Assembly: GCA_016124735.1 (NCBI GenBank)
Contig: WGMZ01000019.1
Span: 3,217 to 67,216, forward strand
Direction: 5' to 3'
Source: Bacteroidota bacterium
GTDB taxonomy: Bacteria; Bacteroidota; Bacteroidia; UBA8524
Length of the DNA: 64,000 nt
The translations under genes and the position numbers were made by a program. This document shows positions 1-11,250 of the stretch, in pieces. Position 1 is the stretch's first letter. Each line of letters begins with the position of its first letter. Below the pieces are notes generated by a model that made no database searches, was not told the origin of the DNA, and was given only the letters and a program-made list of their open reading frames with translations.

Positions 1-1355
1 TATACGAAACCCTCGTAAAAAATGATGCCATGAACGGCACCGCCGTTTTGATGGAGGTGGAAACAGGTCACATCAAAGCCATTGCTAACCTCACCAGAAA
101 ATCTGAAGGGGTCTATGCGGAAGAATATAACTATGCCGTAGGAGAAAGTGCTGAGCCTGGTTCTACAATCAAACTGGTTTCGCTCATTGCACTTTTGGAA
201 GAGGGAGCTTCTATGGGCGACTCGGTCGATGTGGAAGGTGGTATCACCACCTATTTCGACCGGAAGATGAAGGATTCAGAACCCGGTCATTACGATAAAC
301 TCACACTCCAACAGGCGTATGAAAAGTCGAGCAATGTGGGAGTATCCAAGCTGGTATATAAACACTTTAAAGACCAGCCGCAAAAGTTCGTGGACTATTT
401 CACGGAACTCGGACTGGCTGAACCACTGGGCTTACAGATAACCGGCGAAGGAAAGCCGCGCATCAAACAACCGGGCGATAATGATTGGTATGGTACCACC
501 CTGCCCTGGATGTCCATTGGCTATGAGACGCAATTCACCCCATTGCAGATTCTCTCGCTTTATAACGCTATCGCCAATAATGGAACGATGGTCAAACCTA
601 TGTTGGTTACCCAGGTGCGTCAAACAGGCAAGGTGGTTGACCACTTTGAACCGACGGTTATCAAGGATAAGATCTGCAGCAAAGAAGTGCTGAAAAAAGT
701 ACGGATTGCCATGGAAGGCGTAGTGGCTCCCGGAGGTACGGCCCGCAACCTGATGAATCCGAATTATACTGTGGCAGGAAAAACCGGAACAGCACAAATG
801 GCCAGAGGCGGTCGCTACAATAAGTCATTTTACAAATCTTCTTTCGTGGGATATTTCCCCGCAGATCATCCGAAATATACCTGCATCGTATCCATCAACG
901 GAGCCTCCCGCGGCGTGTATTATGGCTCGGCAGTGGCGGGGCCGGTATTTAAGGAAATTGCCGATAAGGTGTATGCGAACAGCCTTCAAATGCATCAGGA
1001 TATTGAGGAAACCATTGAGGTGCCTGAAATGGAAACCCCACCAAATATAGCCGGACAAATGGATGACATTCGGACTGTTATGAACGACCTGGGCATTTCC
1101 AATAAAGTGATTGGCGATGAGAGTGAGTGGGCCCAAACCCGTCGACTCAATAAAAGCATGGAAGTGGAAAAAAGAAAGGTGATTGGAAACCTGGTTCCCA
1201 ATGTGGTCGGGATGACTTTAAAAGACGCACTCTTTCTACTTGAAAATGCAGGGATAAAAGTACAAGCTGTAGGCACCGGAAAAATCAGAAAACAGTCCAT
1301 GCGGCCCGGAAGCCGTGTGTACCGGGGCGCCACTATAATTCTTGAGTTGAGATGA
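1..1355 (+). CDS. ftsI: Penicillin-binding protein FtsI/PBP3, C-terminal transpeptidase portion with terminal PASTA-like domain (5' end lies outside the window)
   Basis: The reading frame is open from base 3 with no upstream stop, so the gene is truncated at the window edge. The class-B PBP transpeptidase region is present (KTGTA motif), followed by a C-terminal PASTA-like segment (VIGNLVPNVVGMTLKDALFLLENAGIKV). It sits immediately upstream of murE in the dcw order. Confidence 0.85.
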   Translation, partial: YETLVKNDAMNGTAVLMEVETGHIKAIANLTRKSEGVYAEEYNYAVGESAEPGSTIKLVSLIALLEEGASMGDSVDVEGGITTYFDRKMKDSEPGHYDKLTLQQAYEKSSNVGVSKLVYKHFKDQPQKFVDYFTELGLAEPLGLQITGEGKPRIKQPGDNDWYGTTLPWMSIGYETQFTPLQILSLYNAIANNGTMVKPMLVTQVRQTGKVVDHFEPTVIKDKICSKEVLKKVRIAMEGVVAPGGTARNLMNPNYTVAGKTGTAQMARGGRYNKSFYKSSFVGYFPADHPKYTCIVSINGASRGVYYGSAVAGPVFKEIADKVYANSLQMHQDIEETIEVPEMETPPNIAGQMDDIRTVMNDLGISNKVIGDESEWAQTRRLNKSMEVEKRKVIGNLVPNVVGMTLKDALFLLENAGIKVQAVGTGKIRKQSMRPGSRVYRGATIILELR

Positions 1356-2809
1356 TGAAACTGAAGGAGCTCATACAGGATATTGACTTGCTGAAAGGCA
1401 GTAATTATCAGGCAGACAGTCAGGTAAAGGGCCTGACCATGGATAGCCGCAAGCTAGAACCAGGCTTTGCCTTTGTAGCTATTCGGGGCAGTGTGGCAGA
1501 CGGACATCAGTTCATCGCTCAGGTGATTGAGGCCGGTGCCACTACTATCGTTGCAGAAACTACACCGACCCATGACGGTGTGAATTGGATTCAGGTCAGG
1601 AACACGCATGAGGCGCTGGGTCAAATGGCTTCTGCTTTTTACGGGCATCCGTCTAAGAATTTAAAACTCGTCGGTATTACAGGTACCAATGGCAAAACAA
1701 CCGTTGCCACTCTTTTATATGAACTCTTTCTCCGGATGGGTTACCGGGCCGGGCTGCTGTCAACAGTTAGAAACAGAATTCACAATAAAGTCCTTTCCGC
1801 TACCCATACGACACCCGATGCCGTGAGTTTGAATGCCTTGCTTGCCGATATGGTGGCCGATGGCTGCGATTACTGTTTCATGGAATGCAGCTCGCACGCG
1901 ATTGAGCAAAGGCGAATTGCAGGTCTGGATTTTACCGGAGCGGTCTTTACCAATCTCACACATGATCATCTCGATTACCATAAAACCTTTGACGCTTACC
2001 GCGATGCGAAAAAGTTATTCTTTGACAAGTTGGACAGTCATGCTTTCGCACTGGTAAATAAAGACGATAAGAACGGAATGTACATGCTACAGAATTCGCG
2101 GGCTTCTAAATATACTTACAGCCTGAACAGCATGAGTGATTTCCGCGCCCGCATTGTTGAACAGGATTTCAATGGGATGCTCCTTCGTATCGGTGACACG
2201 GAAGCCTGGTACCGCCTGATCGGTGGCTTCAATGCATACAACCTGCTGGCGGTATATGGTTCCGCCTTTTTACTTGGAATGAAGGAAGAAGAAATCATCC
2301 ATCATCTAACCCAATTGGGTTCTGTTGCCGGACGCATCGATTCCATCTCGGTCCATGGAGTAGTGGGAATTGTGGATTATGCCCATACGCCGGATGCCTT
2401 GAAAAATGTGTTGGAGGTAATCAATGCCATTCGAACACGAAATGAAACCTTGATTACGGTAGTAGGATGCGGAGGAAATCGGGATACGGCTAAAAGACCC
2501 ATCATGGCCGATATCGCTGCCAGATTAAGCGATCAGGTCATCTTCACTTCAGACAATCCGCGCAGTGAAGACCCGGAAGAAATATTAAACCAGATGGAGG
2601 CAGGAGTTTCTCCCAACCAATACAAAAAGACCATGCGAATCAGCGATCGCAAAGAAGCAATCAAGGCGGCGGCACGCTTCGCACAAAAGGGCGACATCAT
2701 CCTCGTGGCCGGCAAGGGCCATGAGACCTACCAGGAAATTAAGGGGGAGCGATTCCCCTTCGACGATAAAGCGATTTTAAAAGAGACGATAGAAAAACTA
2801 AACACCTAA
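1352..2809 (+). CDS. murE: UDP-N-acetylmuramoyl-L-alanyl-D-glutamate--2,6-diaminopimelate ligase
   Basis: Mur ligase P-loop [10 protein letters not shown]. The DNPR motif ([10 protein letters not shown]) is characteristic of DAP-adding MurE. The start overlaps the ftsI stop in an ATGA arrangement. Confidence 0.9.
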   Translation: MMKLKELIQDIDLLKGSNYQADSQVKGLTMDSRKLEPGFAFVAIRGSVADGHQFIAQVIEAGATTIVAETTPTHDGVNWIQVRNTHEALGQMASAFYGHPSKNLKLVGITGTNGKTTVATLLYELFLRMGYRAGLLSTVRNRIHNKVLSATHTTPDAVSLNALLADMVADGCDYCFMECSSHAIEQRRIAGLDFTGAVFTNLTHDHLDYHKTFDAYRDAKKLFFDKLDSHAFALVNKDDKNGMYMLQNSRASKYTYSLNSMSDFRARIVEQDFNGMLLRIGDTEAWYRLIGGFNAYNLLAVYGSAFLLGMKEEEIIHHLTQLGSVAGRIDSISVHGVVGIVDYAHTPDALKNVLEVINAIRTRNETLITVVGCGGNRDTAKRPIMADIAARLSDQVIFTSDNPRSEDPEEILNQMEAGVSPNQYKKTMRISDRKEAIKAAARFAQKGDIILVAGKGHETYQEIKGERFPFDDKAILKETIEKLNT

Positions 2810-2813
2810 GGCC

Positions 2814-4109
2814 ATGCTGTACTATCTCTTCCAATACCTGGACAAACATTTTAACCTCGCAGGGGCCGGGGTTTTTCAATACATTTCCTTCCGGACGGCA
2901 GCAGCCATTATTCTGTCGCTTATAATTTCCATGCTGATGGGCAAAAGGCTCATCGAATGGCTCCATGGCAAACAGGTAGCGGATGAAATACGCGACCTCG
3001 GCCTGGATGGTGAGAAACAGAAAAAAGGAACCCCAACCATGGGTGGTATTATCATCTTATCTGCCATCCTGATTCCTACCTTGTTATTTGCCCGCCTGGA
3101 AAATATCTACATCATCCTGATGATCATTTCCACCCTCTGGCTGGGCCTCATCGGATTTTTAGATGATTATATCAAAGTATTTAAAAAGGACAAACAGGGC
3201 CTTGCCGGTCGGTTTAAGATCCTGGGTCAGGTAGGCCTCGGTATCATTGTTGGAAGTACCCTGTTTTTCAATGAGAATGTACGTCTCCGCAATTATTTAT
3301 CTGTTGAGGAGGCGCAGAGCCTTGCTGGTACAGCGATTCATGAGAACGATTACAGCTTTGATACCAAAAAGGGCGAAGTAGGTCGCTTCATCGATCATAC
3401 CGGCGATACCCTTTTTTATCAGGATCTGAAGTCGCTTTCGACCACCATTCCTTTTATCAAAGAGAATGAATTTGACTATGGCAATATTACGCGCGCCATC
3501 GGTGATACAGACGGTAAACTGAACTGGTTGCTTTACGTATTGGTGGTGACTTTCATTATCACAGCCGTTTCGAATGGCGCCAATATTACCGACGGGATCG
3601 ATGGCTTGGCTGCGGGTACTTCCGGAATTATGGGACTGACCCTGGGAATCTTTGCTTACCTGTCGGGTAACATCCTGTTCTCCAACTACCTCAACATTAT
3701 GTATATCCCGAATTTGGGAGAGCTCGTGGTCTTTTCCGGAGCATTTGTCGGGGCTTGCATTGGCTTCCTATGGTATAATTCCTATCCGGCTCAAATTTTC
3801 ATGGGCGACACTGGCTCATTGGCTTTGGGAGGCATCATAGCCACACTGGCCATCATGACCCGCAAGGAATTGCTGATTCCAATCCTCTGCGGAATCTTCC
3901 TGGTGGAGAACCTCAGTGTAATGATGCAGGTGAGCTATTTCAAATACACAAAAAGGAAATATGGAGAAGGACGCAGGATTTTCCTGATGTCGCCACTTCA
4001 TCATCATTACCAGAAGAAAGGTTACCATGAAGCGAAAATTGTTACCCGCTTCTGGATTATAGGAATCTTCCTGGCCATACTGACAGTAATCACCCTCAAA
4101 CTCCGCTAG
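2814..4109 (+). CDS. mraY: Phospho-N-acetylmuramoyl-pentapeptide transferase
   Basis: Polytopic membrane protein with MraY/WecA family motifs ([21 protein letters not shown]). Its position in the dcw cluster fits. There is an ~85-aa hydrophilic insertion relative to the roughly 360-aa canonical enzymes. Confidence 0.9.
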   Translation: MLYYLFQYLDKHFNLAGAGVFQYISFRTAAAIILSLIISMLMGKRLIEWLHGKQVADEIRDLGLDGEKQKKGTPTMGGIIILSAILIPTLLFARLENIYIILMIISTLWLGLIGFLDDYIKVFKKDKQGLAGRFKILGQVGLGIIVGSTLFFNENVRLRNYLSVEEAQSLAGTAIHENDYSFDTKKGEVGRFIDHTGDTLFYQDLKSLSTTIPFIKENEFDYGNITRAIGDTDGKLNWLLYVLVVTFIITAVSNGANITDGIDGLAAGTSGIMGLTLGIFAYLSGNILFSNYLNIMYIPNLGELVVFSGAFVGACIGFLWYNSYPAQIFMGDTGSLALGGIIATLAIMTRKELLIPILCGIFLVENLSVMMQVSYFKYTKRKYGEGRRIFLMSPLHHHYQKKGYHEAKIVTRFWIIGIFLAILTVITLKLR

Positions 4110-5458
4110 TGAACAAAAGACTTGTCATATTAGGTGCAGGAGAAAGCGGAACAGGTTCCGCCATCCTTGGGAAAGCTCAGGGCTGGGAAGTCTTTGTTTC
4201 TGATCTTGGTTCAATCAAGGAAGAGTACAAAGCTGAGCTGGATGCAGAAGGCATAGCCTGGGAGGAAGCTAAGCACAGTGAAGAGTTGATATTAAGTGCC
4301 AATGAAGTGGTGAAAAGTCCAGGAATTCCTGATAAAGCACCCCTCATTAAAAAGCTGCATGAATTAGGCATACCGGTCATTTCTGAGATTGAATTTGCCT
4401 CAAGGTATACCGACGCGAAGCTAATAGCCATTACGGGTACCAACGGTAAAACCACGACAACATCCCTCATCTATCATCTTTTTGAAAAGGCCGGATTGAA
4501 TGCAGGATTGGGTGGCAATATTGGTAAAAGCTTTGCGCGCCAAGTAGCCCGGGACAAACGCGATTACTATGTGCTGGAGCTCAGTAGCTTTCAGTTGGAT
4601 GGATGTTACCGGTGCCGCTTTGATGCGGCGGTATTGTGCAATATCACCCCGGACCACCTCGATCGCTATGAATACAAACTGGAGAATTACATACGATCCA
4701 AATTCCGTATCACGCAAAATCAGGGTCCGAACGACCTCTTTGTGTATTGTGGAGATGACGCACTGACCATGGAATGGATCGGTCATTTTTCTATTGAATC
4801 AAAATTAATCCCTTATACCATCGATAGCCCGCATCAAATTCCTGGTGCCTGGGTGGAAGATGGACAAATCCATATCACAATGAACGACAACGAAGAAAAC
4901 CAATTTACAATGGCTATACAGGAACTCTCTTTACGCGGTAAGCATAATGCTTACAATTCGATGGCGGCGGCCGTCATTGCCAATGCGTTCAACATCCGCA
5001 AGGAAGTAATTCGCGAAAGCCTTTCAGATTTTCAAAATGTGGAACACCGGCTTGAATCATTAGGGAAGGTTAAAGGAATTGAATTCATCAATGACTCCAA
5101 AGCAACCAATGTTAATTCATCCTGGTATGCATTGGAAAGCATGGACCGTCCGGTTGTTTGGATTGCTGGCGGAGTAGACAAAGGAAACGACTACAACCTT
5201 TTGAAACAACTGGTAAAAGACAAGGTGCGCATCATCGTTTGCCTTGGGCTTGACAACCGCAAGATTCACGAAGCGTTTTCCCGCGACGTGGACATGATAC
5301 TGAACACAACCTCCATGCAGGAAGCAGTGAATGTGGCCTATCACATGGCAAACAAGGAAGAAGCCGTATTGCTATCTCCGGCCTGTGCAAGCTTCGATCT
5401 ATTTGAGAATTACGAAGACCGGGGCCGTCAGTTTAAAAAGTATGTAAAGAATCTCTAA
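4109..5458 (+). CDS. murD: UDP-N-acetylmuramoylalanine--D-glutamate ligase
   Basis: Mur ligase P-loop [14 protein letters not shown] and an N-terminal Rossmann-type GAGESG. The GTG start overlaps the mraY stop by 1 nt. Confidence 0.9.
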   Translation: MNKRLVILGAGESGTGSAILGKAQGWEVFVSDLGSIKEEYKAELDAEGIAWEEAKHSEELILSANEVVKSPGIPDKAPLIKKLHELGIPVISEIEFASRYTDAKLIAITGTNGKTTTTSLIYHLFEKAGLNAGLGGNIGKSFARQVARDKRDYYVLELSSFQLDGCYRCRFDAAVLCNITPDHLDRYEYKLENYIRSKFRITQNQGPNDLFVYCGDDALTMEWIGHFSIESKLIPYTIDSPHQIPGAWVEDGQIHITMNDNEENQFTMAIQELSLRGKHNAYNSMAAAVIANAFNIRKEVIRESLSDFQNVEHRLESLGKVKGIEFINDSKATNVNSSWYALESMDRPVVWIAGGVDKGNDYNLLKQLVKDKVRIIVCLGLDNRKIHEAFSRDVDMILNTTSMQEAVNVAYHMANKEEAVLLSPACASFDLFENYEDRGRQFKKYVKNL

Positions 5459-5459
5459 G

Positions 5460-6662
5460 ATGAATTGGCTGCTTAAACGGATAAAGGGTGACCCCGTCAT
5501 TTGGGGAGTGGTCATTGTGCTTTCCATTTTCGGATTGCTGGCGGTATACAGCTCAACGGGCTCGCTTGCATTCAAACAAAAGGGAGGCAATACCGAATTT
5601 TATCTCTTTAAGCACTTGCTGTTTATTCTGATCGGTCTGGGATTGATGTGGCTGGCGCACCTGCTGGACTACCGCTATTATTCGCGGATTTCGCAGTTGC
5701 TCCTATACATCTCCATTCCGCTGCTGATTTACACCCTCTTTTTTGGCGTAGAAATTAATAATGCAGCAAGATGGATGGCCATTCCCGGTACTGGTTTGAC
5801 CTTTCAAACATCTGATTTGGCGAAGCTGGCGCTCATCATGTATGTGGCGCGTTTCTTATCAAAGCGGCAGGATACGATCCATATTGCCAGCTCGGCGTTT
5901 TATCCTCTCCTGATGGCCATCTCGATTGTTTGTGTGCTCATAGCACCGGCCAACCTCTCAACTGCACTTGTCATCTTTTCAACTTGTTTATTGCTCATGT
6001 TCCTGGGGCGTATACCGTTGAAATTTATTCTGGCTGTAGTAGGTAGCGGCGTTGTCTTTTTCATATTGGCAGCCACCCTGGTTTTAAAGATGCCCGACGA
6101 TAGCATTAAAAGTGTTGCCCGTCTGGCCACCTGGAAAGCGCGGATTGAAAACTTTATGGGAGGCGAAGAGAATGTCGGAGGGAATTATCAGAGCATGCAG
6201 GCGAAAATAGCCATTGCCAATGGTGGTCTGTTGGGCAAAGGGCCGGGGAATAGCGTGCAGAAGAATTTCCTGCCGGAGTCTTTTTCTGATTTCATCTTTG
6301 CCATCATATTGGAGGAATATGGTTTATGGGGTGGCATCCTGCTGATTGGTTTGTACCTCACCCTTTTGTACCGATCGATTCGAATCGTTATTCGAAGTCC
6401 GAAAGCATTCGGCGCCCTGTTAGCGGTGGGTTTAAGTTTCAGCCTGGTCATTCAGGCACTTATCAATATGGCCGTTGCGGTCAATATTTTCCCGGTTACC
6501 GGTCTGGCGCTTCCATTAATCAGTATGGGAGGTACCTCGACCTTATTTACCAGCGTGGCCATCGGAATCATCCTTAGTGTGAGCAGGAATATTGAGCCAG
6601 ATGGCGATGAAAGCGAGGAAGAGCCGGTATTGGAGAAAGGAGGGAATCATGTCATTGCATAA
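5460..6662 (+). CDS. ftsW: SEDS-family peptidoglycan glycosyltransferase (FtsW/RodA family), called FtsW because it sits in the dcw cluster
   Basis: About 10 transmembrane helices and FtsW/RodA signature stretches (FIFAIILEEYG, PVTGLALPLISMGGTS). It lies between murD and murG. Confidence 0.8.
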   Translation: MNWLLKRIKGDPVIWGVVIVLSIFGLLAVYSSTGSLAFKQKGGNTEFYLFKHLLFILIGLGLMWLAHLLDYRYYSRISQLLLYISIPLLIYTLFFGVEINNAARWMAIPGTGLTFQTSDLAKLALIMYVARFLSKRQDTIHIASSAFYPLLMAISIVCVLIAPANLSTALVIFSTCLLLMFLGRIPLKFILAVVGSGVVFFILAATLVLKMPDDSIKSVARLATWKARIENFMGGEENVGGNYQSMQAKIAIANGGLLGKGPGNSVQKNFLPESFSDFIFAIILEEYGLWGGILLIGLYLTLLYRSIRIVIRSPKAFGALLAVGLSFSLVIQALINMAVAVNIFPVTGLALPLISMGGTSTLFTSVAIGIILSVSRNIEPDGDESEEEPVLEKGGNHVIA

Positions 6663-7734
6663 AGTCATTATTTCCGGAGGCGGAACGGGTGGGCATATAT
6701 TCCCGGCCGTGGCCATTGCAAATGAAATCAGGCAGGAATACCCTGACTGTAAAATTCTGTTTGTCGGCGCCAAAGGGAGAATGGAGATGACACGGGTGCC
6801 TGAAGCAGGTTACGAAATTGAGGGGCTGGATATTGCTGGTTTGCAGCGTAAATTTGATCTCAAGAATTTTTTGTTGCCTTTCAAAGTAATAAAGAGCTAC
6901 CGTCAGGCGGCTGCCATACTGAAAAGATTTCAGCCGCAGGTGGCAATTGGCGTGGGAGGCTTTGCAAGCGGACCGTTGCTGTTTGCAGCTCAGAGAAAAG
7001 GCATACCTACCTTGATCCAGGAACAGAATTCCTATGCTGGACTGACCAATAAATTGCTTGCTCGCGGTGCAAAGAAAATTTGTGTGGCCTATAGCGGGAT
7101 GGAGGCATATTTCCCCGCAGAGAAACTGGTACACACGGGCAATCCTGTACGCGCAGAAATGGTGGATTGGAAGGGGAAAAAAGAGGAGGCCTGTACCTTT
7201 TTTGGTTTGAATGAAGAGCAGGCGGTAGTGCTTTCGATCGGAGGAAGTTTGGGTGCGCGGAGCATCAATCTTGCATTATCGGAACATATCAATCGCTTCC
7301 GGGACTCCAATGTTCAATTGCTTTGGCAAACAGGGAAAGCCTATGCGAATAAAGCGGCTGATTTGTCGGGAGACGGCATCCATGCAGTGCCTTTCATCCA
7401 ACGAATGGATCTGGCTTATGCTGCTGCTGATGTAATTATTTCCCGGGCAGGGGCCTTGTCAATCTCAGAATTATGCCTGGTGGGCAAGCCATGCATTCTG
7501 GTTCCATCTCCCAATGTGGCGGAAGATCATCAATCTAAAAATGCAAATGTATTGGTAAAGGCAGGAGCTGCCTTGCTGGTGAAAGATCAGGAAGCATCTG
7601 TAATTCTGGTAGATGAGGCATTAACTCTACTGAAGAAAGAAGAACTGAAAAAAAATCTCAGTGAAAATGTAATGCGCATGGGAATATCCAATGCGGCAGA
7701 ACGAATAAGAAAAGAAATAGAAGCTATTCTGTGA
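6649..7734 (+). CDS. murG: UDP-N-acetylglucosamine--N-acetylmuramyl-(pentapeptide) pyrophosphoryl-undecaprenol N-acetylglucosamine transferase
   Basis: N-terminal G-loop IISGGGTGGHIFPAVAIA and the GT28 C-terminal domain. The longest ORF starts at 6592. I chose the ATG at 6649 (MSLHK...), which follows a purine-rich stretch and gives a canonical length. It overlaps ftsW by 14 nt. Confidence 0.85.
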   Translation: MSLHKVIISGGGTGGHIFPAVAIANEIRQEYPDCKILFVGAKGRMEMTRVPEAGYEIEGLDIAGLQRKFDLKNFLLPFKVIKSYRQAAAILKRFQPQVAIGVGGFASGPLLFAAQRKGIPTLIQEQNSYAGLTNKLLARGAKKICVAYSGMEAYFPAEKLVHTGNPVRAEMVDWKGKKEEACTFFGLNEEQAVVLSIGGSLGARSINLALSEHINRFRDSNVQLLWQTGKAYANKAADLSGDGIHAVPFIQRMDLAYAAADVIISRAGALSISELCLVGKPCILVPSPNVAEDHQSKNANVLVKAGAALLVKDQEASVILVDEALTLLKKEELKKNLSENVMRMGISNAAERIRKEIEAIL

Positions 7735-9104
7735 ATCGCGGGAAGAATATAAAAGCAGCCTATTTTTTGGGTATTGGCGGCATCGGCATGAGCGCTCTCG
7801 CACGCTATTACCATGCTTTGGGGTATTTGGTTGCGGGTTATGACAAAACAACGTCTCCCTTGTTGACAGATTTGCAGACCATTGGAATTGAAGTGGTGTA
7901 CGACGAATCGGTAGGAGCTATTCCAGCATCAATCTCCGCCTGTAAGATCGACGAAGTGTTGTGGGTATATACACCCGCAATACCGAAAGACCACCAGCAG
8001 CTGCTTTGGCTCCAAAAGGAAAAGGCAGATCTCCTGAAAAGAGCGGCGGTGTTGGGACAAATTACCAAAGGAAGAACTACCCTGGCGGTAGCAGGAACTC
8101 ACGGTAAAACAACCACAAGTACATTATTGGCACATCTCCTCATTGAAGGCGGTGTAGATTGTACGGCATTCCTTGGTGGAATATCAACCAATTATGGGGT
8201 CAATTATATTCAGGCAAAAGATCCTGATAATGCTCCGGTAGTGGTAGAAGCGGATGAATTTGATCGCTCCTTTCTTCAATTGCAGCCAACCAAAGCCATT
8301 ATCACTTCTGTGGATGCCGATCATTTGGATATTTATGGGGAGGCCGATGCTTTCCGGGAAGGCTTTGAAGCCTTTTCGCAATTAGTACCGCCAGATGGCT
8401 TACTCGTTCAGAAGGCGGGATTGAATTTAAAGACCAATGCGAAATCACTGACTTATGCCGTGGAGCTAAGTAGCGATTTTACAGCACAAAATATACAGAT
8501 TGCTCGGGGCACCTACACCTTTGACCTGTTTACCTCGACGGGAGTCATCCCGAATCTTAGCCTGGGGTTACCCGGAAGGCATAACATGGAAAATGCCGTG
8601 GCCGCTTCAGCCATTGCACTCAGTATGGGTGTTTTGGAATCAGACCTGAAGAGAGGCCTTGCTTCATTCAGAGGGGTGAAAAGACGTTTCGAATATGTGG
8701 TGAAAAGGAAAGAGCATGTGTACATCGATGATTACGCACATCATCCTGAAGAATTGAAAGCGTGTATTCGTTCGGTAAAGGAATTATACCCGGATCAAAA
8801 GATTACAGGGGTATTCCAACCGCATCTGTTTACCCGTACACGCGATTTTATGGATGCATTTGCTGCCAGTTTGAGTTTGCTGGACATCTGCATCCTGATG
8901 CCCATTTATCCGGCCAGAGAAAAGCCAATTGAAGGAGTGAATTCTCAGGCCTTGTTGCGCCTGATTTCCTGCAATGAAAAGACTGTTTTGAGTTCGCAAG
9001 AGGTGGTTGATTATGTAAAGCGCAAACAACCACCCTTGCTTTTGACACTTGGAGCCGGAGATATCGACCGTATTGTTCCGCAATTGAAGGAGGTACTGGT
9101 ATGA
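7731..9104 (+). CDS. murC: UDP-N-acetylmuramate--L-alanine ligase
   Basis: FLGIGGIGMSALA N-terminal motif and the P-loop AGTHGKTTTSTLLAH. The GTG start overlaps the murG stop by 4 nt. Confidence 0.9.
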   Translation: MNRGKNIKAAYFLGIGGIGMSALARYYHALGYLVAGYDKTTSPLLTDLQTIGIEVVYDESVGAIPASISACKIDEVLWVYTPAIPKDHQQLLWLQKEKADLLKRAAVLGQITKGRTTLAVAGTHGKTTTSTLLAHLLIEGGVDCTAFLGGISTNYGVNYIQAKDPDNAPVVVEADEFDRSFLQLQPTKAIITSVDADHLDIYGEADAFREGFEAFSQLVPPDGLLVQKAGLNLKTNAKSLTYAVELSSDFTAQNIQIARGTYTFDLFTSTGVIPNLSLGLPGRHNMENAVAASAIALSMGVLESDLKRGLASFRGVKRRFEYVVKRKEHVYIDDYAHHPEELKACIRSVKELYPDQKITGVFQPHLFTRTRDFMDAFAASLSLLDICILMPIYPAREKPIEGVNSQALLRLISCNEKTVLSSQEVVDYVKRKQPPLLLTLGAGDIDRIVPQLKEVLV

Positions 9105-9883
9105 AATGGAAAGGATATTCGATAAAGAAAATAGTGAACACCGCCGTTTGGACGACACTCATCCTGTTTGTTGTGGTCGTTTTGGGTATGGCTCGAAATG
9201 AACAGGAGAACACATTATGCAGCAATGTGAATATTGAGATGAAGCCGGATTATGAGCTTCTGTTCACAGGTTGGGATGATGTGGCCAAAATGATTACCGG
9301 AGATGGCAATGTTGCCTCGATGCAAGGCAAGCCCTTATCCACTTTCCGGGTAGGAGAGCTGGAGCAAACTCTGGAGCTAAGTCCTTTTATCCGCAACGCG
9401 GAAGTATATACCGAGATGGATGGAACACTAAGCATCGAAGTAGAACAAAGGCAGCCCTTATTTCGGGTTTTTCGGCAAAACAGCAAAGGATATTATGTGG
9501 ATAAGGAAGGGAAAAAGATGCCTTTGTCGCCTAAATACAGTGCAAGGGTAGTTGTACTTCGTGGTGTGGTAAAAGAAAATTACGACGGAAATGACAGTAT
9601 AAAAACGGCCGTGCTTGCCGATGCGTATCGGCTGATAAACGCCTTGTCAGAAAACGATTTGTGGCGCAGGCAGATAGATGAAGTGGTTGTAGATAAGCAG
9701 GGAGAGTTCACCTTAATTCCAATGGTGGGCAATCATAAAATTGTGATAGGAAGCACAAACAACCTGGAAGAAAAGCTCCATAATCTTCGTTTGTTCTATA
9801 AGCATGCGATGAACCGCGTGGGCTGGACCACTTATAAAGTGATTAATTTAAAGTACAGTGGACAGGTTGTGTGCGAAAAATGA
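9101..9883 (+). CDS. ftsQ: Cell division protein FtsQ/DivIB (POTRA domain protein)
   Basis: Single N-terminal transmembrane helix followed by POTRA/FtsQ-type domains. Its position between murC and ftsA fits. It overlaps the murC stop by 4 nt. Confidence 0.7.
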   Translation: MKWKGYSIKKIVNTAVWTTLILFVVVVLGMARNEQENTLCSNVNIEMKPDYELLFTGWDDVAKMITGDGNVASMQGKPLSTFRVGELEQTLELSPFIRNAEVYTEMDGTLSIEVEQRQPLFRVFRQNSKGYYVDKEGKKMPLSPKYSARVVVLRGVVKENYDGNDSIKTAVLADAYRLINALSENDLWRRQIDEVVVDKQGEFTLIPMVGNHKIVIGSTNNLEEKLHNLRLFYKHAMNRVGWTTYKVINLKYSGQVVCEK

Positions 9884-9921
9884 GCCCACATGCACGATTA
9901 ATAAAAGTATAATTGAATACT

Positions 9922-11241
9922 ATGCATAACTCAAAGATTGTTGTCGGACTGGATATCGGTACCACAAAGGTTTGCGCCATCGTTGGGCGCTACAACGAAT
10001 TCGGTAAAGTAGATGTGCTTGGAATGGGAAGAGCTGATTCTCATGGCGTTTCCCGTGGTGTGGTGAGTAACATCAACAAAACGGTTGAAGCCATTGAAAA
10101 GGCAGTTGAAGACGCTTCTGAGAAATCGGGGGTCGATATCCGTCAGGTATACGTAGGAATTGCCGGACAACATATACGTAGCCTTCAACACCGTGGAATC
10201 ATCGTTCGCAGCGATGTGGATAAAGAGATTGATCAGTTCGACCTGAACAAGCTCGAGAGCGATATGCATAAACTGGCCATCGCGCCAGGAGATTCAATCA
10301 TCCACGTTCTTCCACAAGAATACATGGTGGACAATGAGCCGGGGATAAAAGATCCAATAGGTATGAGTGGTGTGCGATTGGAAGGTAATTTCCATATCAT
10401 CACAGCATCCATCAATGCAGCTAAGAATATTTACAAGTGTGTGAACATGGGTGGTCTCGAATCCATGAGCCTCATCCTGGAACCTCTGGCCTCTGCTGAG
10501 GCAGTATTGAGCAAAGAAGAGATGGAAGCCGGTGTGGTTCTCGTTGATATAGGTGGTGGTACCACAGATATTGCCATTTTCCATGAGGGAATTATCCGTC
10601 ATACTGCTGTAATTCCTTATGGAGGTAATGTCATTACAGATGATATCAAAGAAGGGTGCAATGTGATGCGTGACCATGCAGAATTGCTGAAGATTAAATT
10701 CGGATCGGCGCTGGCAGAAGAAACCAAGGCAAATGAAATCATCACCATCCCAGGATTGCGTGGACGCGAACCCAAGGAGATTGGTGTACGCAACCTGGCC
10801 CGAATCATTCAGGCCCGCGTTGAAGAGATTTTTGAATTGGTGTATTGCGAGATTAAGAATTCCGGACTCGAGAAAAAGCTCATTGGAGGCATCGTGATTA
10901 CCGGTGGTGGCTCGCAGTTGAAACATATCACCCATTTGGTTGAATACATTACCGGCCTGGATGCCCGTATTGGTTACCCGAATGAACACCTTGCCAAAGG
11001 CATGGTGGAAGAGGTGAAAAGCCCGATGTATGCCACATCCATTGGCCTTTTGATAAAAGGATTGAAGGCTCCTGATGAACAAGTTGCCTCTCAGGAAAAT
11101 GGTAAGATGAGAACGGGGAGGGATACACGTCAGGAAACCCTCGAAGAAACCATGGATAAAGAAAACAAGAACTTCCTCAATAAAATCAAGTTTATGGTGC
11201 AGGACTGGCTCCGTAGCGATACTGATTTTGAGGACTTTTAA
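9922..11241 (+). CDS. ftsA: Cell division protein FtsA (actin-like ATPase)
   Basis: Phosphate-1 motif VVGLDIGTTKVCAIVG, VDIGGGTTDIAIF, and a C-terminal amphipathic tail. The longest ORF starts with TTG at 9913. I chose the ATG at 9922 (MHNSKIVVGLDIGTT). Confidence 0.9.
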   Translation: MHNSKIVVGLDIGTTKVCAIVGRYNEFGKVDVLGMGRADSHGVSRGVVSNINKTVEAIEKAVEDASEKSGVDIRQVYVGIAGQHIRSLQHRGIIVRSDVDKEIDQFDLNKLESDMHKLAIAPGDSIIHVLPQEYMVDNEPGIKDPIGMSGVRLEGNFHIITASINAAKNIYKCVNMGGLESMSLILEPLASAEAVLSKEEMEAGVVLVDIGGGTTDIAIFHEGIIRHTAVIPYGGNVITDDIKEGCNVMRDHAELLKIKFGSALAEETKANEIITIPGLRGREPKEIGVRNLARIIQARVEEIFELVYCEIKNSGLEKKLIGGIVITGGGSQLKHITHLVEYITGLDARIGYPNEHLAKGMVEEVKSPMYATSIGLLIKGLKAPDEQVASQENGKMRTGRDTRQETLEETMDKENKNFLNKIKFMVQDWLRSDTDFEDF

Positions 11242-11250
11242 AAAAAAATT

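Noticed and set aside
6592-6648. An upstream extension of murG starting at 6592
   Set aside because: The extension overlaps the ftsW C-terminus and has no homology to MurG N-termini. The ATG at 6649 follows a purine-rich Shine-Dalgarno-like stretch and gives the canonical G-loop position.
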